A DNA stretch of 27,463 nt, from the NCBI GenBank assembly GCA_022813965.1, contig JALDZS010000089.1, positions 62,001-89,463 of the forward strand, written 5' to 3'. A program made the translations under genes and the position numbers. The notes under the pieces are model-generated. The model had not been told where the DNA came from, searched no databases, and was given only the letters and a program-made list of their open reading frames with translations. Source of the DNA: Toensbergia leucococca (taxonomy: Eukaryota). Positions 21,200 through 27,463 of the stretch are shown piece after piece. Every line of letters begins with the position of its first letter. The stretch's first letter is position 1.

Positions 21200-21974
21200 T
21201 TAAAGATGGTCCACATGCATCTGGACCCTTCTGAAGAGACGAGACCAAATACATTTCCACATCACTCTTACTGGGACACCGCAAACTTTCAGAGCACGAC
21301 AGGCTAGCTTTACACAACTACGAGACAGTTTCATCGATTCCACGGGCTCCAGCCTCTCTGTTGAGTGGACAACTGGTGGAATAGTCTCGTCCCCATCGGG
21401 TCTTATCACCTCTGCTACTGCCCTTCGTGACGGTAAGCTGCTCAGTCTTTTCTCCGTAGAGGTCATGAAAGATTGGTGCCCGGCACAAGGTTCAAAGGAG
21501 ACGGGCCACGGACTGTTTCGATTCCAAGGCCCTGAGGGTGCTAGTAAATGGCTGGGTCACTTCGGTGAGCTGTTAGGTTCAACGGGCGCTTGGTGCTGGA
21601 AATCGAGTGCTTCCGATCTTGTCGAAAAATCTGCGTTTCTAAAAGTTGCGAGCTATCTGGCAGCTTTTGAAGAATGAAGTGTTCGGTGACCTTGCATGCA
21701 TCCCAAAACTCCCTGAAAAGCCATCTCCGAGAGATAGTACTCTTCTCTAATCCGCACATGGACAAGTAGCAAAGCTCGACGCGAAGATACCCAGCTCCGT
21801 GCATCCTCTCTGCATGGCACCATCCGATAACGCAAAGCTCGGGAGGCCCTCTTCACAAATCTGAACCCCGTTAGATCCCGCGTTCGCCGTCTACTTCAGA
21901 CTATCATTGTCAATAACACAATTCACGAACCGATAGTTCGCCATGGTGATGGCCTGCTCGTCATCATTGAACAT
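21200..21974 (-). pseudogene. Possible frameshifted gene relic
   Basis: An intron at 21930-21861 (GTTCGT..CTAAC..CAG) joins MFNDDEQAITMANYR to FVKRASRALRY. Protein-like text continues in another frame (YLRVELCYLSMCGLEKSTISRRWLFREFWDACKV) and again at 21466-21200. No family recognised. Confidence 0.3.
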
Positions 21975-22957
21975 CTGCGATGTCTCTGTTCGACGTTCAC
22001 GAAGCGGCCGGCGCTGTCCTGAAGATGGGACTGGGCGCCGATGAACAGCGTATTGACCGCTAATGAGGATTGCTGAAATTATATAACGCCTGTGTGGCGT
22101 CAATCCTGAAGCAGTAATTTAAGTCCTCAGATTTGAATCAGGGGCTCGAAGTTCAATATGCTGTTATTTCTTCCGGGTGAAAGAGAATAGGGGGTGTAGA
22201 CTTGAAATTAGGGATTTATTGACTTTGTAATGATTTGGCCTTTTTCTTCCTTTTTTGATTGGGGCTCCTTTCATAGAAAATAAAGTTCATTCAGTATTCC
22301 TGAGGGGGGAGAGAAAGGAGACGGAGAGGAGAAAAGAAAAAGGTAGAACAGGGGGCTTAACATTAAGAGGCTAAAAAGGAAAACAATTACATTGACTTTT
22401 TTTCCCTTCAAAGTTTCTTAGAAAGCATTTCTCGAAGCTCATGGTTAAACATAGGGAGATCTTTGAGACGGAAGCTGCGATTAGATATTTTTTTTCACAA
22501 AAACAAGGGGAACCTTGGACTTCTTTCTCTTTGCCGGGTGGAGACTAGATGGTTCTATGTGATGAAGAACTAAAGCCAATTCGGCCCCCCTTTGAGCGGT
22601 GAGGGGGTTTTTGAGTCGTTTCATTGTACAGAATGCCTATTGAGTTGATATCATGTTTGGAGTGGCATGGAGGATATGGTCCCTAGATTTGTTTGTATAT
22701 GTGTATATTCAGGAGATTTGTTGGTCAGGAGGGATAGGGCAGTGTTATGGACGGTGCGCGGGGCCGCACTGGGCAATGCTCATTATAAAAGGGGGGTTCT
22801 TCTGTACTCGACTCGGGAATTATCCCACAAGTCTCCTTTCTTTTTTGCCAGAATGAATGTATAAAGTGTAAAGTATAGGTACCTCGTCCGATACTCGATA
22901 CACTACTCAGGGTAAAGAAAAGACTTCATAGAAGAACCTGCCGCGACGAGAACAATC

Positions 22958-25282
22958 CTAATACCTTGGTGGTGGCGGCGGTGCGCCACCATACCCGCTT
23001 TGTTGTGGCGGATAGCCTCCCTGTTGTGGCGGATAGCCTCCTTGCTGAGGCGGATATCCGCCGCCTTGTTGTGGAGGACGTCCGTATCCTTGTTGCGGGG
23101 GCGGCTGGCCATAACCTTGTTGCGACTGCTGTTGCGGGGGATATCCGCCTTGTTGCTGGCCATATCCACCGGGAGCACCGTGCTGTCCTGGAGGCGGACT
23201 TCCGTAATGGCCTTGGGGTGGTCCTCCATAGCCCTGTCCACCTTGCGGACGACCACCCTGTTCGTCCTTGGTGTCGTATGAAGAGTCGATCGCGCCTAAA
23301 AGCAGTTTGAGCAGCTACACTACATCAGCTTCGTCTGCTGCATGTGAAGATCAGCGAGATACGTACCCAGAGATCAGGAGTCAAGTCCACTGGTGGATTT
23401 GACTTCATCATTTCTACCTGCTCGTTTTCGAAATCTGTTTGAATTCTAGCATCAGCAACTGTAAACATTCGCTAGAGTTCAAACATACTTGAAGTACAAT
23501 CAACAATGTTACCAAAACTAGGCTCGTTGTCGAGTTTCTCCAAAAATTGAGTAGCATTCTTATCGTTTCCAACTTGCGCGAACTGTAGCGAGAGAGCGCC
23601 CTGGCCATACTTCGGCATTCTACTTAATTCTGCCGAAGCATTACGTATGACTTCAAAAATTGTCCCCGGTGGCTCTCCTGCTGGCTGGCCATCTGTGATT
23701 GCAATGACCAGGACCGGCTTTTCGAGTGCGCCTTGTCGAGCAGGAGTCATCACGAGAGGTTCCAGTATTTTGTCTCTAAGTGCAGTACCCATGGGAGTGA
23801 GACCTTTGAATTGGACATGCGCAACTGTAGATTCAATCTGCTCTTCCATTATGCCATCTAGGCGCACCAGTGGCCGTTTTTCTTGGTCCACTGGAGGGTT
23901 CCAGTTCATGAAGCGGAGTGAGACTCCATTCGAGTCGAAAAGCGAAGCAGCATAAGCCACCCGAGATAGGATGAGCTTCAAATCTTTGATACGTTCACCG
24001 TCTTCGTCGAATTGCATCGACCCACTGTCGTCTGTTCCCGTCAGCGGATTGGATTCGAGGAATGAAAAATGAAAATACCAATGTAAAGAATGATATCGAA
24101 CAGTGCCAGCTTGACGACATCTTGTCCAACCTCATGTGGAACCCGCCATTTGGAACACAATTGATCCACCTGTGCTCCGGCACGGTTTGCATACTGATCC
24201 AAAGAAGGATGGTTAAGTGGAATCATATTCTGGAGCCCTTTCTCTTGGATCGTGGCTTGGAGAGACTGCTTGTATGCTCTAACATGCTGGTTGTTGCCAC
24301 CATATTGCTGACCCGCCGGAGATGGTTGTCCGTACGCTTGCTGTTGATGTGGCTGGCCATAGCCTTGTTGTGGATTTTTTTGTTGGGGCGGGTACTGTCC
24401 TGGCTGTCCCTGTTTCAACAGAAAATTGTTAGTGACTATTACTGTCCAATAATCTTGATCTTCCTATTCCCAAGGAGAACCAACATAGCCATAGCCACTG
24501 CTCTGTGGGTGTTGTGGGTGAGCAGAGTACTGCTGTGAATTTTGCTGCGTGTAAGGCAAAGAAGGAGAAACAGTTCCATATTGCTGAGGAGCAGGTGGCG
24601 GGGGTCTAGCATATCCTTGCTGGCCATGAACCGGCTGCTGTTGACTGTAATCAGGCCTCTGAGGATCGTACGAATATGGCAGCGGAGGGAATGTGGCTGG
24701 TTGTGTCGCATATGGTTGTACTGGTGCTGGCGGAGCAGGCGATGCGTATCTAGGACTCGGACCCCCATAACTTGCTTGCGGAGATGAAACCGGGTAAGGT
24801 GCATCATTCCCTTGGGGATTTGGTTGCCCAGGATAGTGCTGGCGATAATAATTCGTCATTGTTGGTAGTGGTTCCCAGTTTGGTAGGACGATAATTGCCC
24901 CTAGGTTGTACAGATGGGACGAGAAGAGGAAATATATAGAAGGCTTACCGGATTGCCCCCAGGATAGGCTTGATACTGAGCCTGTCCAGGCTAAGGAAGC
25001 TTAGCATGCAGGCGCAAGTAATCCATGTTGCGGAGTATCTTACGTATGCACCAGGCTTTTGCCCAGGCTGCAGCTGAGAAGGAACCCCCTGCTGTTGAGT
25101 TGGAGCACCATAGCTGCCTCCGCTAGGTGGATAACCACCTTGGGACTGACTGGCAGCAAGTTTGGAAGCAAGCTGTGTTGTGAAGTATGGAATCAGCTAG
25201 GCTTCTGGTGGGGAGAAATTGTGTGCTTTTCGCGGGGGTTGCGGGGTCATCGGATTGCACAATCAATATGACTTACGCCCAT
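22958..25282 (-). CDS. rfeF: RfeF-like von Willebrand A domain protein with Q/G/P/Y-rich termini; exons 25282-25277, 25172-25044, 24990-24949, 24838-24485 (possibly optional), 24409-24079, 24031-23489, 23434-23367, 23314-22958
   Basis: The spliced start is MG|LASKLAASQ. The vWA core reads LALFDIILYIDDSGSMQF (MIDAS DxSxS), GLTPMG, ITDGQP, QFAQVGND, DCTSNFENEQ and LLKLLLGAIDSSYDTKDE. A GGYPPQQ-rich tail ends PPPRY with TAG at 22960-22958. Confidence 0.9.
23000..23062 (-). repeat. Three 21-nt tandem coding repeats (GGYPPQQ x3)
   Basis: On the + strand: TTGTTGTGGCGGATAGCCTCC / CTGTTGTGGCGGATAGCCTCC / TTGCTGAGGCGGATATCCGCC. Confidence 0.85.
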
Positions 25283-26471
25283 GATAAAGATGAATAGGAA
25301 GTAGGAGAGTGCGAAGCAATGTACAAGCAAGACTGCAATGAAATCCAAAAAGAAAAAACAAGAGCGGCTCCAGGCGATTGAGCAAAGGGATTTATATATG
25401 TCCAGAAGATGCCCGAAGGCTGAAACTCCGAGGTAGAATAGAGTTGGAAGCTCGCATTAGCGCTGTCCTTTAGAGAGCAAGCTCACCGAAAACGAGGCTG
25501 TGAAAGCGAAAACCCAGACGGCAAACATGGCGCCAGTTTGTAGCAGTTTGTAGTCCGGAAAGTCGCATACTTACACAACACCAAGACCGAGTAAAGATCA
25601 AAAATTCCAGTGCCGAATACGAAATCGCGAAATACCAAACCCTGAATCTAAAGGAGTTCATAGTTTGAACGACTCCAAATGACTTCACCATACAGATAAA
25701 TCTAAAATGCATACTGCATAGCTTGACGGATATCTTGCTTGGAAGTGAGTCAAGCCTCTCCTAGAACACCTTTTTTCCAAAGCTCTGTTACTCGAGCTCC
25801 ACATGAGGAGCGTCGAGCCAAACTTCAATCAAGAGGCAAAAACAACTCCAGTGTTTGGTTGAATCTTCAACGGTGGAGCTTGCGGAATGCAAAAATTTTC
25901 AGAGACGTCAAAAGGTATGCATGCTTCATTTTCTTTCGTCAAGTCCTATGAGTACCCAGGAAACTGTCTGTGCGGCGGATTCAACGCACTTGAACCCACA
26001 AATGGTAGAGATTGGGAGCTTTTAGAAGGAGCTGGTATGAAGGCCTTTCATCAAAGAATCGCCTCTCATTCCTGTTTTGAAGCTCTTTAGGCAGCGCATC
26101 AGATACACCACCAGCATCCGTTTTATTGTGTCTCATTCTATCGACGTGGCGGTGGTGTTGGATCTTGAAATATTAATTCAAGCGGGTTGCATTTGATATT
26201 CAAGGCGTTGTCGTGATCAATTGTTTGGTTGACTCCAGGTTTATTCCTCGATTCATTGAAATGTGAAACTTCCAATTCACTTTCCATCAAATTTTTTCAT
26301 TGGACGGTGCTTTTCTCACTTCGCTCTCATTTTCTGCATCTTATTAGCGCCTTCTTGGAAATATTTAAAACTCATCTTATCCACCACCTTTTCTTCAAAA
26401 TACTGCTCACTCGCAGTACAATCTCATACTATCTCGCCATTCAACTTATTCTTCTACTTCAACTGTATACG

Positions 26472-26486
26472 TATATATATATATAT
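26472..26486. repeat. (TA)7 microsatellite upstream of the protease pseudogene
   Basis: TATATATATATATAT read directly. Confidence 0.7.
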
Positions 26487-26547
26487 CTATGCACAACCCC
26501 AACTTGGCCCGCAACTCCTTACTTTATTACATTCAATACATCACAAC

Positions 26548-27463
26548 ATGTCTACATCCCATGTTACCATCTCCCCCTTCCACTCATCGAGCCTCTCACT
26601 CAGCACGTGGCAAGTTGAATAGTACTGAGGAGTCTTCGTCCTCAACTGGCCCAATCATGATTGACACTACGTCAATGTATCACATTGGTGCATGCACCTG
26701 CACCCTTGTGCGCTTTGCCTCTCGAAACCAAGGGGCCCGACGGCGAGTCACCTGAATGCTAGGCCTACCTATCTGATGATCAAAGATGACATCGTTGTCG
26801 CCCTACGCAATGCAGATGTATCAGGCTACGCTCTTTCTTTATTCAAGCGCTTCGTAGCTGGAGACACGCCTACTGGAGCAGATTACACCATCTTCATACA
26901 AATGGCCAGGCAACATCGCTGGGTCGCAGTGGTAGATTCTATTCTTGAGATACTGCAACGAAACAGCTTGTTCGGCTTCCGCATTGAGATAATAGAATAT
27001 CGCGCGATCCAGCATTTCTTTCTCCCAGTTGTTGATGATATTTTCTGAAATGCTTAGCCTGCTCTGGAGGCGCAGATGATCGATGTTCTTGGTCTCAGCG
27101 ATAAACGGGTAACCCTCGGCGTCTTCAATCGAGGACATACTGAAGAGGGGTCATTGCCCACAGTCACTATCGGAGTGACAAGGGCGGCTGATGCAAAGTG
27201 GCAGATGACGATGTACGAGAAGATCCGGGATCTCCTGCAACCGTTTCCCAGCTTTGAGGTGGCCTACGTCAGATCATCACTTCTGACTGCCCAATCCGAT
27301 ACCCCAGCTGTGTCGTTGCCCTTGAACGCCTTTATCAGGGCCAGCGCCAATGGGATCCAGCATTGAGTTGGATAAGAAGAGCGGTACGCTAGGTGGTTAT
27401 GTCACCGTGCTCTATCAAGGCAAAACTCATGTGATGGGCCTCACTAGCCACAATGTCATTGCG
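26548..27463 (+). pseudogene. Disrupted trypsin-like (PA clan) serine protease gene, running off the window end
   Basis: The last frame from 27350 reads MGSSIELDKKSGTLGGYVTVLYQGKTHVMGLTSHNVIA, matching the GSSI..GTLGG..LTxHHV pattern of fungal intracellular trypsin-like proteases. The upstream frame 26692-27366 is continuous except for TGA 27046-48 and TAG 27055-57. Frameshifts occur near 26690, 26770 and 27340. Confidence 0.7.

Noticed and set aside
22743..22901. TGTTATGG...TATAAAAGG...ACA resembling a solo LTR
   Set aside because: There is no target-site duplication and no second copy, and it abuts the rfeF 3' UTR.
22903..23310. Repetitive ORFs 22903-23256(-), 22966-23310(+) and 23000-23281(+)
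   Set aside because: These are alternate-frame or antisense readings of the GGYPPQQ exon of rfeF.
1..27463. CRISPR arrays, rRNA/5S, telomeric arrays, transposase/RT or Starship captain genes
   Set aside because: I saw no spaced direct repeats, rRNA motifs, TTAGGG arrays, or DDE, RT or tyrosine-recombinase motifs.

Overview
Intron-containing genomic DNA of a filamentous ascomycete (Pezizomycotina; species cannot be called from the sequence). Short GT-AG introns with CTRAC/CTAAY branch points let me splice most genes by hand. Conserved genes in order: 3' exon of the arrestin creD (+); a 5-exon Ure2/YfcG-type glutathione transferase (+); a 4-exon secreted cutinase (-); an Nnk1-like Ser/Thr kinase (+); the mitochondrial dynamin Mgm1/Msp1 (+); mitoribosomal S6/Mrp17 (-), head-to-head with the glycine-cleavage H protein Gcv3 (+); and an 8-exon RfeF-like vWA protein with Q/G/P/Y-rich ends (-). 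Accessory stretches lie between them. About 4.6-6.4 kb holds a possible spliced gene relic. About 15.0-22.9 kb holds an F-box-like ORF, a CpG-free AT-rich relic, an intronless 747-aa orphan with Cys/His motifs and two small spliced ORFs or relics. From 26.5 kb to the end lies a disrupted trypsin-like serine protease gene. I found no tRNA, rRNA, CRISPR or intact transposon, and no clearly new multi-gene system. The best leads are the candidate cassette/poison-exon switch in rfeF, a possible non-AUG extension of the kinase, the 747-aa orphan and the protease pseudogene.
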